NCBI RefSeq assembly: GCF_006345805.1
Contig: NC_043021.1
Location: 12,834,001 to 12,898,000, forward strand
Direction of reading: 5' to 3'
Length of the DNA: 64,000 nucleotides
Source: Octopus sinensis
Lineage: Eukaryota
Shown here piece after piece: positions 27,117 to 40,150 of the stretch. The first letter of the stretch is position 1. Each line of letters begins with the position of its first letter. Made by a program: the position numbers and the translations under genes. The notes beneath the pieces were generated by a model that made no database searches, was not told the origin of the DNA, and saw only the letters and a program-made list of their open reading frames with translations.

Positions 27117-30100
27117 TAATTGACACTGCAGGATTACAGCGAGAACATGAATAATAAGAGAAAATTAGCATTTTAAATAGAGTCTCTGCTTATCAAATCA
27201 AGTACAACCTACAAGTGATAAGAGCAACTCCTCCATTTCTCATCAGAATTGTAATGAGCCTTTTAGCTATAAAGCATTTGACTATTATTAATGTTCCAGT
27301 CCATTATAGGTTGATACAGTTCTGGACAGTAAGCAACAGGAGCATTGTTAACAGAATGGACCAAACATCAATGGTTTCATATCCCTAACAATGATTTGGG
27401 GTAGGGGGGGCCGGCTATTTAACATGAATTTTATTTGGAATGTCTATTCATCATTACCATTTAACATACACTCTTCCATGCCTGCATGGGTCAGATGGAA
27501 TTTGTTAAGGCAGATTTTCTATGGTTGGATGCCCTTCCTGTTGCTAACCTTCACTTGTTTCCAAGCAAAGTAATATTTCCCCATGGCCAGACGTTTCTCA
27601 CGGAAGACTGGAAACAACTTTGCTTCTATGATGATGATTATTTACAATTATCATATGCTCATACCAGTGTACACGCGTGCGCGCACACACACACACACAA
27701 TGAGCTTCTTTCAATTCTTGTTTACCAAATTCACTCACAAAGCTTTGGTCAGCCCAGGGCTATAATAGAGGACTTGTGCTCAAGATACCACACCATAGGA
27801 CTGAACCCCGAAACCACATGGTTGGGAGACAAGTTTCTTAACCACACATCCATACCTGCATACAATATTTATCTACTAATTATTAATTAGTGGAAATCTC
27901 AAAAGGACAATTATATCTTCATGACTAACGACCTACAAATGTCAGGATCAATAAGTTCCTTACTTTATATCAAGTGATGCAAAGCCATATAATGTTGCTT
28001 TACATGGTTTACGACAAACAAGGAAATTTAGAATCTTATTGTTTAACAATTATTTACAATGCTAATTGTTGGCATTTGGGTTTTATTTTTAATTTCAAAT
28101 CCCACCAGAATTAAATTTTACCCTTCATAAATATTTCTCCCTAACACAGAGCCTATGTAATAAAGAATATCTGCTACATTTCTTCTTCAATATAACAACA
28201 TTTATTTTGTATCAAAATTTGCCAACAATAGCATTACTGAGTATAGTCAGCCAGTGAGACAATAACTGGGACTTCTGACTGCAAGAGTGACAATAAAGTG
28301 TCCATAACTCAACATAGAATCATCAACCGGAAACTTTCTTGGAGAATGATAATTTTTCAGTTGCCTCCATGTTTATATTCTTTAATATACATTTTATTTA
28401 TACGTGTGTGTGTTGTTAAGCTGTTGCAAAACTACAAGGCTACACAACCACAGAGCTATTTATATATAAACGCACACACATACAACTTTGCTAGATCACT
28501 GAGCAAATTTCCGAAATAAGCAACATATTATTCATTGTGGAAAAAATTTTGTGTAATCAGAAATAATTAGGAAAATGTAATTTCCTCTTAAATTCCTTAA
28601 ACATCTACATTATTATTTTATTATTTCCTTGGCTTTAAGTCCATGAACACAAAATGAACTCATTTTCACTTTTATATATAATTCTTCATTTTAAACTTAC
28701 AGATCAGCTCTAACATGCTATCTCTATTAATATCAACATTTAATGTCTTCTTTTCAACTTTCCCATGCTTGCTTGTATCAGGATTTGCGGAAGCAGATCT
28801 TCCACGACCAGATGCCCTCTGTGTGACCAGTTTTCAAGCATGGAAATATCTCCCCATGGCCAGGCATGCTATGTAGGTTATCAGAAATGAATATGACACT
28901 TCATTTACCACAATCACACAATGTCAAGACAGAGACAAAACATACACACACTATCAATCATACGTCCATTTTCCATGCTGGCAAGGGTTGGACAGCTTGA
29001 TAGGAACTAATAAGGCTAGGGGCCGCACAGGATTCCATAGTTTGTTTTGGCAAGGTTTCTTCAGCCAGATACCCTTCCTAACACCAACCACTCTACAGAG
29101 TGTAATGGGAGCTTTTCATGTGGCACCATCACCAGTGCTTTTTTACATGGCACCAGAACTCACACCAATGCTTTTTATGTGACACAGACACACATAGAGG
29201 CAGGGCTCATTCAGTAGGCTCTGGTTGGCCTGGGTCTATAGTAGAAAGTACTTGCCATGCAAAGGGACTTAGCCTAAAATCATGTGATTGGGAGACACTT
29301 TAACAACATAACCATGCTTGTGACTATAGAATGCTTTCACTAATTATATCAGGTGCTGATGTTAAATCACAAGCTCAGCTGTCCCACTTGTGAGCCAGTA
29401 GAATATTCAGGTTGTGAAAGCAGAACCAACACTCAACTGAGCAACATGAAATGAAGTATTAATTACTTATAGGGTCACAGTATTTCGTTATGCAACCATA
29501 ATATACAACGAAGTATATTAAATGCTTTATTAAGCAATAGTGTCCTACAGTGTTAGCAGTGCTAGTAAATCACATGGTGGCATTGTTATTGTTTACATTC
29601 GACGTATTCAGATAGGAAACGTTGCAACAAATCAGTGTTGGCTATAATTTCTATAGAAAATCTGTAGAGATGACCTTAACATTAAATGAAGTGTCCTTCT
29701 CAATGACACAACACACTACCCAGCCCAGGAATCAACCCCAAACGCACACCTTCACCTACAAAAACAGGCAGTTTTAAAATTAAAAAGTATAAACAATGCC
29801 ACCTCTGAGAAAAGTGTACAACTTCCCATTTGTTTTCTTCTCTAAGCAATCAAGCCTACGAAAAATTTTAGCTAAACATTATCTTTCTCTCTTCTGGTTC
29901 TTTTTTTTTTTTTTTCAGTCACTGCACTGCAACCATACTGAGGTTTTAGTAAAACAAATCAACCTCAGTAATTATTTTAAGTCTGGTACTTATTCTAACA
30001 GTCTCTTTGGGCCAAACCGCTAAGTTATGGGGATATAAAGACATACATAAAACATGTGCGTGCACACACACACACATTCATATATCAACAGCGGTGCTTA

Positions 30101-30683
30101 TTTTTTAAGCCTGGTACTTATTCTATTGATTTCTTTTACCAAAATGCTACATTAAAGGAAGAAACCAATGCCAGTTGTCAAGCAATGGCAGGGGACAAAC
30201 ACAAACACACAATGGGAATCTTTCAATACTTTTGGCCCTACAGTCAACTTACAGATGCTTCTAAATGCAAAGATCTTTTTCCCTTTAGTTTGTTTCAGTC
30301 ATTCGACTGCAGCCATGCTGCAGCACCACCTCAAAGGGTTTAGTCCAACAAATCAGCCCCAATATTTTTTGAGTCTGGTGCTTATTTTTTCAGTTTCATT
30401 TGCCAAACCCCTATGTTACAGGGATGTAAACAAACCAATATCACTTCCCAAGTGATGGGGATGGGAAACAAAGATACAAACACTCTCCCACACAGGTTCC
30501 CTATACCACATTCACTCACAAGGCATTGGTCAATTCAGAGTTAGAAGACACTTGCTCAAGGTGGCATACAGTGGAACTGAACCAGCAACTACAGGGTTGC
30601 AAAGTGAGCTTCCTAACCACAGCTATGTCTACACATGGAAAAAAAAAATTTGTTTAAAAAATCATTGTACTGACTTTACTGAC

Positions 30684-30844
30684 TTCACCACCACTATCCA
30701 TCGGCCGCAGTATTTTCTTTTTCTTTTTTGACCGTTTCTTCTTTTCAGTGGCATCTTTAGATTTCTTCTTTTTTGATTTTTTTTCTGTGACAACTTCTTG
30801 TGTTGCCATAGCAACCTCATTAGTAACATCCTCGGTCTCTTCTT
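30684..30844 (-). CDS. CHD4: Mi-2/CHD coding exon 3 (Q-EETEDVTNEVAMATQEVVTEKKSKKKKSKDATEKKKRSKKKKKILRPMDSGGE, phase 1-0)
   Basis: Acceptor tactttttcag|AA; Lys-rich tract as in CHD3/4/5 N-termini; donor GAA|GTCAGT (in-frame alternative at 30675). Confidence 0.85.
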
Positions 30845-31179
30845 CTGAAAAAGTATTTAAAATCTGACATGAGCAATAGTGGAACAGCAGAGGATGGACC
30901 CACTGGATTTAATTACAGTTTTATTCTAACAAAACTTAGAGTAGCTATTGAAAAAACAACAACAAATGTAAATTAGCTTCAATCATGACTTTGGATAAAA
31001 GAAATAATTTTGTTTTCATATCTAAAAGTAGAAAAATTTTAATTAATATTTGTTTCAACATAATTTATGAAAGCAGACTTAAAACTACAAATTTAAAATG
31101 AGCAAAGTTTAAAAAGATATTTTCTTTATATGTTAGAATTTTGTCAAGTGATTTATTTTTTTACAACAAATAGTTTTAA

Positions 31180-31382
31180 CCCTTTAGCATTCAGATTACT
31201 CTGTCAAATGTAATGCTTATTTATTCAGTTGAATTAACCATGCATTTGAAATTTTGATGATGTGATTGTATGCATATTTTTAGAACATTGTAAAATAGGT
31301 GTAAGAGTCCAAATCTGGCCTGTTTGTACATAAAACAGGTAGAATATTTGGACCAGATATGGCCAGTTGAAATGCTAAAGGG
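31180..31382. mobile_element. piggyBac-like MITE
   Basis: TTAA-CCCTTTAGCATT ... AATGCTAAAGGG; same family as 20447-20662 in the opposite orientation. Confidence 0.6.
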
Positions 31383-34190
31383 TCACATAAAAAGCAGAAT
31401 ATTTACATCAAAAAATTATTCATAAGCCAAATTTCCTAGAACAAATTAATAATTACACAGACACAAAAATAAGTATTTTTCAAACCAAATAAAATAGACA
31501 TTTTTTTTTTTTCACATACAATAAATTAAAAAGGTCAGAATACATCACCAAACTGTGAATTAGAAAATCTTTACTTTAAACTACAGCTGGCCCAAAATCA
31601 TATAGAAAGTTATCTTCAATAAAAATTCTATTTGAAGAAGGTCAATATCAGTTTTTTTTCTACACTATTGACACTTGATGCTTACACGTAAAAACTACCT
31701 AGATTTCTAATTCTTTGTTAATGAAATATACAAAAGAAAACTGATTAAAAACAAGATCTGCTAAAAGACAACCTTTGATATATCTCCATTACATATCAAA
31801 ATGTCACTACAAAGGAATATCAATACACAGCCACTCCAACTAGAAACAGCAGTCAAACCGCATTAAAATCACACTTACTGTGTGAAACAATATTGGATAA
31901 AGTTGTTTTAGATAAAGAATGAATGAATAAAAGCATAAAGATGACTTTTATCATAGGTTTGCTTAATCAGAGACGATCTGAGGTCAAACAACCCGCACAT
32001 TTTATAGAAAATTTTATTTTGGGGGAAAAACTTTCACTTCAGAAATATTGAGAGCCTTTAAGTCTCACTTAAAGAGAATAATTTAAGAAAATGTTCTTAT
32101 CTTGCTCTGAAGATGGTAAATTTACTTATTTTCACTTACAAATTTACATAAATCTAAAATTCCTCTTGAGAACTGGAATTTGTTACAAGCAAACAACTGT
32201 ATTTGGTTGAACAAAGTAACCAATTTTAAATGAATCAAAGATGGTGCTATGGAACTGGCCTGCTCTAGGACCAAAGTATGAAGTGCTTTTTAACAAACTG
32301 GTCTGCTAAAAAGCTTAAAAACCGAAAGTGAAAAACCCACGAAAAGCATCAACCTAACCACAATGTCTTCAAACAGTAAGAAACAAAAGTTTCAAACCAA
32401 TTATGGATGGATAAACCACATTTTGACTGTATATATCAGTTACTTTAATAACAGTCCTGACTACTAACCATATATATTTCTCCACTTTCAATTCAAATAA
32501 GTTGAAAAATGGTTCAAAAGACAAAACTGGGCCCAGAAAGTTCACTACTATCTGCATTGAGTTCAGGTGTTACTGTGGAATCTACTGCAAGCAATCACCT
32601 GCTCTGCTTCACTATGCCTCTATGACTGACATGGCTACAGCAAACTTACTCCTTGGAGCCAACACTTTACAAGGTCTCCTAAGAAACTGATTAAATGATA
32701 GGGATTAAAAATGGTTTGATTTAAAAAGCAGAAATATCCACTCCACCATTTCTCAGGAGCTTTGTCTCCTCTTCTGAGTGTAATAATATACCTATAAGGC
32801 TGAGACATACCTAAATCAAATTAATGGCCTCTAGATACACATGTGCAGTATAATTTCCAACATAAAGCTTATATTGCATCCAGTGTGTGTAACCATGTAT
32901 GACATGGACAGGGCACAAAACTAGTTGAAAGAAGCTTATAATGTTCTAATATAACCAGTATTGCTGTAAAGCTACACGATATAGAACATACAAACATTCC
33001 TTGTTGGTTAACCATATAGAGGTAAGCAAAGCTGCAATGTTTCTTGCATGCTCTGTAGAGTGTATCCCAAAACACCACCAGATCTTCTAAAGGAAGTCAT
33101 CTGTACCTTTGCCTAATTCCACCAGCACCACTGCTAGTCTGATCAACTGTCCTTACAGCTAATCAGAAGAAGATCAGTGCAAGTACTGGTGGTATCCTGC
33201 TTACAGAGTTCGTCTGTAACAGAAAAACAATTGGGTTAGAAAATGAGCTGGCAACAAGAGCTGAAAAACTACCAACTTCATCTTCCAAGTTACAAGTTTA
33301 ACCTCACACGACTTAAGACATTCCCTATATTGACAAACCTAGTTAACAATGGAATCCATCATCTTTCCTACCTTGTGTCTCTTAATGGTGATCATAGCAA
33401 AGGGAACCATTTATAAAGCAATATAAACTTTATAAAAGAAGGCCTTTAAAAGGCAGACTGTTCTTACAATTGACATGCTGCAGCTAAAATATAGGCTGGA
33501 CAACTTGCATGCAGAACTTTCTGAATGGCACGCCAATAAAAAATTACCTTCAATTTTTTTAATCTGCCTGATGAACCAGGTCACATGTGGCCTGCTTCTC
33601 AAAAAAGGTTACCCATGCTTGGATTAGACAATGCTGTCTTCTTATTGAAGACAAAATTCTAACATTTCCAGAATGAAATATCGCTCTTAAAAAAGAGACC
33701 TAGCCAAACATCTTACAAAATAGATGTACATAACTTGGGTGTCCATTTAATGAATAAAGTCACTGGTAAAAAATTCACTGTCTAATACAGACACATACAC
33801 ACAATTTCCACTAAGCAACAAATTAAGATCTGTCAATCAATTTGTCCTGTATATTGTACACTGAAAATGTTTACAACATAAAGCAATATAAGTTTAACCA
33901 AGTTATGAGTTAGTAGTATCGTTGAATTGGTTAGATACAAAAAGAAAATACAAGAAAATAAAGACAACCATTCAACATTGACATTAATACAATTAACACT
34001 TTCACCAATAAACAAAGACAAACAAAAAAAAATTATAGAGAAATAAATACACTCAACACTACTAAAATGTGTTTAAAGAGGGGCGGAATAAAGGATTTTT
34101 TTCTGTGTTAGAAAGCATACCAAGAAACACTACACAATTTCTACTACAAAAACAGCTGTGAGTAGAAAGAAAAAGCGAATCAGTACTTAC

Positions 34191-34340
34191 GAACAGGTAA
34201 AACACACTCAGATTCTGGTCGCTCCTCATCCTCCTCCTGCTCACCCATTTCCTCTTCTAAGAGAGGTGTAGGAAGCAAGGGAGGAGGAGGTGTAGCCGAC
34301 GCAGAGCGGGAAGAGGTGGATGGTGGTGGTTGTTCCATCT
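34191..34340 (-). CDS. CHD4: Mi-2/CHD coding exon 2 (E-MEQPPPSTSS...EEEMGEQEEDEERPESECVLPV, phase 1-1, 150 nt)
   Basis: Acceptor atttaaatttcag|AG, donor C|GTAAGT at 34190; open frame; Pro-rich and acidic composition. Confidence 0.75.
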
Positions 34341-35645
34341 CTGAAATTTAAATAATTATAAATTTCAACCAACTTCCATCAACTAAAAATCAAGTACACA
34401 TTATTTTACACGATGTCTTGTATACAAGTTTTATACACACAAAATAATTTGGGAAAGCATCTTTGCAGCTGAGTATGTGTCTCTCTATTTATATGTCCTA
34501 CACTCACTATCATAAAGATCAGGTTTAACTTGACAAAAGGATTAAAACTTTAATATTTTCCAAAAGGAGAACTCTCAAAAATCTTCATTAATATTTAGTT
34601 TTCCAGAACAAAAATTTTCCTTCTACCAACTGCTGCATTAAACCAAAATAAAATAAAATTTCCTTTCTGAACTGACAAATTAATCCTAATATAAAAATCT
34701 AAGTCAATTACAATTAAGTAAAAAGAAAATTTAACAAATTAATGTAAACAGCATTCATGTAATAGGTAAGTTTGAATTTCAGTACATTTTTCTTCTTCAT
34801 TGCAGTGAGATTTTTGTAAAGTGTAGACAATTTTAAAACAGGTCTTAACAAAAAGATACCACCTAAGAAGACTACAAAAACTATGGTTAATGTTATCAAA
34901 TGAATGCACAACAGTCTGATCACTGCAAAGTGAATTTGATACAATATTCCATTTCAAAAACAGCAGCTTAATGGTTGGTCCCCTCTTCAAGTAAACTATA
35001 TTTAAATATAAAAATCATTAATAACTATTCAGAAACTTGTATGACACTGTTAGCAATTATGTCACAAATTCATGAATTTAATTTTTTTTTTTAAAGAGTA
35101 CTTTAGTTCTAAAAAATAACTAAATGATTAACCTGAAAAAAGGTCTTTGATACTATCTGCACACATTAACTAACGTCAGAAATAATTATTAATTATTCTT
35201 CCATTCGGAATATGACAAAAATCACATCTGCTTCCTTGAATTTGCTTGTCTTCCATTGCTTTCAAAACTCAAATTTTTTGTTACTCGCAACTAATCTCTC
35301 TAATTTTGCTAATGAAAGACACTATGTATTTATTCAAACCACTAAAATGTGTTAAATCTACTGTTTTGAAAAAGGAATGATACAAAGCAATTATGCTTTT
35401 GATCACAGGTCTGCTCAATCGAAAGCGACCTGGTTTTACACAAATTCGGAGCTAAAATCATATGCAGTTACAACTAAATCTCTGCAATATTTGCATAAAT
35501 CTCCATTTGCCAAGGCTGCAAATAAAGGTAAAATTGCCACAAGGAATTTTGATGATGATGATGTTAGAAAAAGAAGTCACAAGATTTGTATTTTTATTTA
35601 CAAGAAGGAGAATCTAAAAGTTCCCAAAAATCTTGCGTAAAATAT

Positions 35646-35857
35646 GGGTTTCAGGTTTTGGCAAAAAGCCAGCGGGTTTGGGGGAGGGGCTAAGTAAATT
35701 ATATTGACGCCAGTGTAACTGGTACTTACTTCATCGACCTCAAAAGGACGAAAGGCTAAGTGGGGCCTTGGCAGAATTTGAACTCGGACCATAAAAAGAC
35801 AAAATGCCACTGAAGATTTTTCCTGGCATGCTAAAGATTCTGCCAGCACACTGCCCT
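35646..35857 (-). mobile_element. SINE (family B)
   Basis: 17-bp TSD AATCTTG(C/T)GTAAAATAT (35629-45, 35858-74). Confidence 0.8.
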
Positions 35858-38800
35858 AATCTTGTGTAAAATATAAAAAACAATGCCTGTGAAATTAATT
35901 CTAAGCAAAATTTCAATAAATGAGATGGTTATTGATCCCAGTGCCATCTATTCACCGATTTAAAACAGATTTTATATACATAATTATAACTGAATAAATA
36001 CAATCAACTCAATATGTCACATAGAAAAATTAAATATTTCTTTAAAAAATACTTGGTATTTCTATCACTTTGAGATTAGTGTTTTCTGCACTTTTAAAAC
36101 TCAATGATTTAACAATTACAACTTTCACATTCCTGAAAGTACTATACTTAAGTATTTTGGAGGTTTTTTTCAGTAAATGTATTTAACTTTGGTTCCTCTT
36201 TACTTTGAATTCTCAAAACTGGACTCCTCTAATCCAAAACCAGTCGAAAATGTTCAGATATTATGTTTACCTTAGTATATATAATAAAAAGATGCATTTT
36301 GATATTCAAACCAGACCCAATTGTAAAACAACAGTTCTGATTTTTTTCAATAATAGTTCAAACCCACCTGACTTATACCATCATTGACAAATAAAATATG
36401 TAGTTTAATGTATTTTTTTCTTTTTTTTTTTTTTGCTTTGATTTTTAAAATGCTGATGAAAACTTATCCAGTCCCTATAACCACCAAATTTTTTAATATA
36501 TGAAGAAGTTCTTTGATCTCAAAATACCTGGAAGTCAAAGAAGAAGCTGTAAGTCCCCAGAAGACAATTTCTGGATTAATTAATATATGATCTTTAACCA
36601 TTACTACTGCCACATGTTATAAAGACTGGTTCTGTCTATGCCCATACCTAGTCCTTTCAAGTTCACTTTAACTGCAGTTTAAGCATTGTAGTTTCATTCT
36701 TCATTGACATACAAGTTAATATGACTCAATAGTTGACAGATATTGAACACAAGATTTTTAAACTCCACTAATAATTTATTTTAAATAGTTCCTTTAAATT
36801 GATAGTGCTACCAGATTGAGACTTGAAAATTTTTAATCTATGTAACACCAACATCAAAACAAACTAAACTGTTGAAGTAATATGAGAAATACACTCCCAA
36901 AATAGATTTAAGCTTCCAAGTCCAAATCTTTCTAAAAATGGAATTGGTTGAAACTGATTTGATGCTTTATAGTAATTAAAAAAATTTGAAAGCTGACCAG
37001 TTATTTATCATCTATAACCCAGATTCCTATAAAATTTTTATTTGAAGTACAAAGGAAAAATGAATGCTGTAATCAAGCTATTATATATGCAACCCAGTTC
37101 TTCAGTCCTCATATTTTCTTCCTTTTAACAAATTCTTTTATTGATCTTGAAGTAGGAAGTGATTAAACAAAAAAATCATATCTTGAAATATTTTAAATTG
37201 AAATCTTCCAAGCTGGAGAAAACTACTACCAACTGTTAGATTTTTAAAAATCTGCTAAAATGTCCATACAAGAAATGGTAACAGCTAAGTGAAATGATCC
37301 TCTGAGCTATTAAATTCTCAACAGTATCAACTAACATGTCTCCTAGCATCAACAGCAACTGACAAGTTGAAAAAGCAGTCATGAATTATATTGATTTTAT
37401 TTGAACGGTACAAGGACAATTTTTATAGAGCAAGCAGAGTAATTGATTAATCTAATAATATATATCTAGCACATACTAAGTCCTAGGACGCAAAATAAAA
37501 TGTCGACCCAATGAGACTGGAACTTAAAACAGTGAATCCTCACCCTTCTGTCTCAGTCAAATTTTGATGTTCTACTTAATAGTAATCATACAAACAGCAG
37601 AGATTTAACAGGGAGGTCATACGCTAATCTCAACATATTTGATATAAAAAGAAAATAGGAAACCTTTATGTTAATGTTTACACAGAGATATAGACTATTA
37701 CAGACAACTGGTTCTTCTACATTACTCGTCTCCATTCTAATGTCAATTACTTCAACATTATCGTGATTATTATCAGTGCTTTGATGAAGAAATTAACACA
37801 GCTTTTTTTTCTTTTCTTTTTTTTTAACAATTTTCCTGTTATACCAGAGAAACTAACTATATTCTTTAAGATATTTGTCATGGGTTATTATAGAATGTCT
37901 TATATGCCCTCAAGTATAAATTCAATTTCAATTATTTTTCAGATGCCATTGAAATGTCAATAACCAAAACAAATCTAAAACTATCTAAAAAAATCTTTGA
38001 ATCCAGGGCCTCTGGACTCTCCCACCTCAGCAATTCAAAATTGAATCTATTTATGTAACAGCACTTCAATAATACTAGCAATTCCGTCTTTGTAGCAAGT
38101 CAACAAGAGCTACTACAAGGTTAATCAATCTACTAAAAATAACAACCAAACATTCCTCAAATTTCACCCAATCAATGTAAAAATAAAAAGATGGCTATAG
38201 CTGGATCATATCAAGATCAATGCCTAAACTACATACTTCAAATCTTCACGTTTGCCAGATTTAAGACAACCTGAGCAGCAGCTTGCCCATACAAATAAAC
38301 ACCAAAGAATTTACTTTGAATATATTAAGTAATCTCTCACTGGCATGAAGTTCAACCTCTAAATTTGTACCCCCTCCTGTTGCTACCAGCCAGATTCCCC
38401 CATGTCGTTGCAGCTTCTTCAAAAAACCCACATTAAACACTAATTCAACCCTTTCTCAAAACTGTCCCTATTTATCTCAGATTTTTTCCATTTCACTATA
38501 ACCAATCCACAATTTAAATCACCAACTACACAAACCCCCATATCCCCTGTTTGGCGTTAATCTGTTTTAAGGTTACTGCTACTACTTCACCTGAGTATTA
38601 GCAATATACAAAGATAAAAACTATTTTCCAACACACCATCTTCTCCGGCTATTCTGTTCATATTTTCAACAAACATTTGAACTTGTCTAATTTCAAAACT
38701 TTCACTGTTTCAAGTCTTCAATTAACTGTTTTACACACACGCGAATTTCGATGCCATTATTCACACCTGAATACCTATGGTTTTAAAAATCATCACTTCT

Positions 38801-39550
38801 CTTGTAACGTCCTCTCACGTTAAACATGAATTCTAAATAAAAAAATAAACACAATTTACTCTGAAAGACCCAAATTTCGCACGAGTCACATAAAACGTTA
38901 AACGTAGTCGTAAATGTCTCTTCGCGACTTTCAACTCTTCCACCCACCATTACATTCCCGTCATATCAACATGTTGTACTGTACATAGTGGGTAATTTAA
39001 TTGAACAGGTGCATTGCACACATTTGCCTAGGTGTAACAGTCAAAGCTTTTATTATTTTTCTTTCTTTTCCCCACTTCAAAATATTAAGAAACAAACTGT
39101 GCCAAGGCAAATACGACAGGTTTTACACTAAAGAATTAACACTAAAGCGTCTTCGAATAACTTGCCCCAATTGTAAATTTTATCAAAATCAATATAGGAT
39201 CGATTTTGAAACTGCGAAATTTTCTTACCAGAAGAACCACACAAGACAAATACTTAGAATAATAAATGAAAGAAAATGTCAAAATTGTAACTCCGCAAAA
39301 TATTACGTAAGTCTTAGTGACTTTTCTCTTCCGCTCCAAAGATCTGGACTTTGATAAGCAGTTTGGTGAAAAATTTGATTTGAATCAAAATTTTGGTCAT
39401 TGGAGAGAGGGGGTGTATCTAATTAAATTGTGTTAATTGGTTAACGTTTGTTCATTTACAAAAAGTTTCGAGTCTACTCAGGTGTGATTGGAACCAAACA
39501 GTAACAGAATGAAAATGGAACGCCAACAATATCGTGTACCGTCACACACA

Positions 39551-39595
<45 letters not shown>

Positions 39596-39999
39596 ATACC
39601 TATATGCAGCTCTACCCAGTAACAATTTCAGTGCTACTCTGCTTGTTCTCAGCCATTTACCCAATGCATTAAACACGCGTACACACACAACAATAACTAA
39701 TCTAGATCGAACAAAGAGGTCTGCGAACAGGAATCAATTAAAATCAATATTAGAGAGACTGACAGAGAGAGAGACAGAGAGGGAGAGAGAGAGAATGAGA
39801 TTGTGAGTGTGTGCATGTGTATGAGTGTATGTGGTGCGATGGGCGACTATAATCTTCTATGCAATGCATCCAAATGCTGGAGCATTCAACTTCATAGACA
39901 ACACAGCAGCATTTAAGGAAGTGGGCTGGAAAAAACCTAGAGCCAGACACTGTGAGACATTGTGAGAAGGAGAGGAGGAGTAGGAGGGAGAGAGAGGGA

Positions 40000-40150
40000 G
40001 ATAGAGGCGCGCGCGAGCGAGCGAAATGAAGCAAGAGAAAAAGAGGGGGGAGAGGGAGAAAGAGAGAGAGAGTTGAAGAAAGCTAGGAAGAGAAAGTAGA
40101 ATTTGATATGACCCTCGACTTCCGGGTCGGGTCAGCGTGCATGCGCAATG
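40000..40150 (-). promoter_or_regulatory. Candidate internal promoter in CHD intron 1
   Basis: ACTTCCGG (ETS/GABP) 40118-40125, TGCGCATGCA (NRF1-like, minus) 40138-40147, TGACCC..GGGTCA inverted repeat 40109-40134, followed on minus by a long CT tract and GCGCGC run. Confidence 0.55.

Larger units (their letters stand above)
24110..30632 (-). repeat. Cluster of family A tRNA/CORE-like SINEs in introns 3-5 (~24110-24489, 25520-26056, 27440-27861, 28730-29300, 29920-30190, 30275-30632)
   Basis: Shared head GCAGG.GTGGCTGTG.GGTAAG...CTTGGGCAAGTG...TATAG.C.C.GGC.GACCAAAG; the CTTGGGCAAG block resembles the CORE-SINE domain. Boundaries approximate; the span includes exons 4 and 5. Confidence 0.75.

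Noticed and set aside
34201-34212. Alternative exon 2 donor GA|GTGTGT
   Set aside because: Phase 2 is out of frame with exon 3; the GTAAGT donor at 34190 is stronger and in phase.
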